Below the pieces are notes generated by a model, which was not told the origin of the DNA, searched no databases, and saw only the letters and a program-made list of their open reading frames with translations. DNA of 64,000 nt from NCBI GenBank assembly GCA_965243395.1, contig CBDEUS010000001.1, positions 1,152,001 to 1,216,000 on the forward strand. Reading direction: 5' to 3'. The position numbers and the translations under genes were made by a program. Numbering within the stretch: the stretch's first letter is position 1; each line of letters starts with the position of its first letter. Shown here one piece after another: positions 62,965 to 64,000 of the stretch. The DNA comes from Gammaproteobacteria bacterium. GTDB lineage: Bacteria; Pseudomonadota; Gammaproteobacteria; UBA4575.

Positions 62965-63855
62965 TTATTTTTGATTAACTTTCTGGTTAGTGAGTTGTTG
63001 TTCTAAAAACAATTCAATAGACCCGTTTGGATTCGACTCTCTGACCCAGCCATTGATTTTTCGAGCAAGGCGCGTAAATCCTAATGAAGAGCGACTAGTT
63101 GGATATGCATCTATTACTGATTGTTGTCTTTGAATGGCTTTCTTTACATAAATGTCGTTTGGTATATAGCCACAGTATTCTAAAGTTACATCTAAGAAAT
63201 GATTAGATACTTTTTCTAATTGCATAAACAATCGTTCGCCATGTGCGCTAGATTCAACCATATTGCTTAATATATGAAATTTTTGATTAACGCTTTTTTT
63301 GCTTAATACTTTTATCATTGCATAAGCATCAGCGATTGAGGCAGGTTCGTCACATACAACGACCAAGATATTATTGGCTAAATGACTAAATAATGAAACA
63401 TCATCACTTATACCGGCAGCAGTATCGATAATGAAATAATTAAGCAAAGGATTAAGTTCTGCAATCGAATCAATTATTCCCATATGCTGACGGGCATCTA
63501 AGTTTGCCATCTCCTTAACACCAGAAGCAGAAGGAATAATTTGTATGCCTCGCGGGCCAGTAATTACTATGTCTTCAACTCTACATTCATTTTTTAAAAC
63601 ATTATGTAATGTTTTTCTTGCACGAAGACCTAACATTACATCAACATTTGATAAGCCGAAATCAGCATCTAATAACATTACTTTATTATTTAGATCCGCA
63701 AGAGCAATTGCTAAATTAATTGCTACATTCGTCTTGCCTACTCCACCTTTCCCACCTGTTATCGCTAAAACATTAACTTCGTCAATAGTATTTATTCTTC
63801 TCAGCGAAGAAGCCTGATCAATAGGTGTTACATTTTCGTTAACTTGTTCAAACAT
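62965..63855 (-). CDS. flhG: Flagellar number regulator FlhG/FleN (MinD-like ATPase)
   Basis: GGKGGVGKT, DADFGLSN, IDTAAGIS, EPASIADAYAMIK. Confidence 0.93.
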   Translation of the reverse strand: MFEQVNENVTPIDQASSLRRINTIDEVNVLAITGGKGGVGKTNVAINLAIALADLNNKVMLLDADFGLSNVDVMLGLRARKTLHNVLKNECRVEDIVITGPRGIQIIPSASGVKEMANLDARQHMGIIDSIAELNPLLNYFIIDTAAGISDDVSLFSHLANNILVVVCDEPASIADAYAMIKVLSKKSVNQKFHILSNMVESSAHGERLFMQLEKVSNHFLDVTLEYCGYIPNDIYVKKAIQRQQSVIDAYPTSRSSLGFTRLARKINGWVRESNPNGSIELFLEQQLTNQKVNQK

Positions 63856-64000
63856 TTTTTATAAGCTCGCTATATAATTCAGTTGAGTGTATAGATTCCA
63901 TACTTCCAAATCTTTCACCCAAAACTAACGCTTTAGTTAATATTTGTTCTTGATTTGGTCGAGCAATATCTTCTGGTACTCTTTGTCCAGTAGTCTCATA
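63848..64000 (-). CDS. flhF: Flagellar SRP-type GTPase FlhF, C-terminal fragment
   Basis: Manual translation YETTGQRVPEDIARP...KNV*; directly upstream of flhG with an 8-nt overlap. Confidence 0.88.
   Translation of the reverse strand, partial: YETTGQRVPEDIARPNQEQILTKALVLGERFGSMESIHSTELYSELIKNV

Overview
Chromosomal segment of an AT-rich gammaproteobacterium (gene content suggests marine). I found no integrase, transposase, prophage or CRISPR array. 1-27.8 kb is housekeeping: partial prepilin gene, divergent tRNA-Arg(ACG)/tRNA-Ser(GCT) with RtT-like repeats, csrA-lysC-alaS, recX-recA-thpR-pncC, mutS-fdxA-addB-like, cmoBA-prfC-rimI-UDG-leuA (with a Leu-rich leader peptide), pssA, a degenerate psd, ilvC-ilvH, tusA and bepA. 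27.9-41.8 kb is an amide-utilisation locus: amiC-amiR-amiE, then a CbbQ/NorQ-type AAA+ ATPase, a CbbO/NorD-type VWA protein and acs, opposite an Urt/Fmd-type ABC importer. This locus carries three ANTAR-type dual-hairpin attenuators, two in tandem, all with a non-canonical loop. The best candidate for an undescribed system is the CbbQO-like chaperone pair wired to an aliphatic amidase in place of AmiB. 41.8-50.8 kb holds accessory catabolic and transport genes. 50.8-54.8 kb is pdsS-pdsR/pdsO without its sortase or target. 54.8-64 kb is the tail of a flagellar cluster (flhF-flhG-fliA) with no che genes, followed by sigma28-promoted Zn-finger, K+ channel, GGDEF/EAL and duplicated HDOD genes. All calls come from reading motifs by eye; no database searches were run.
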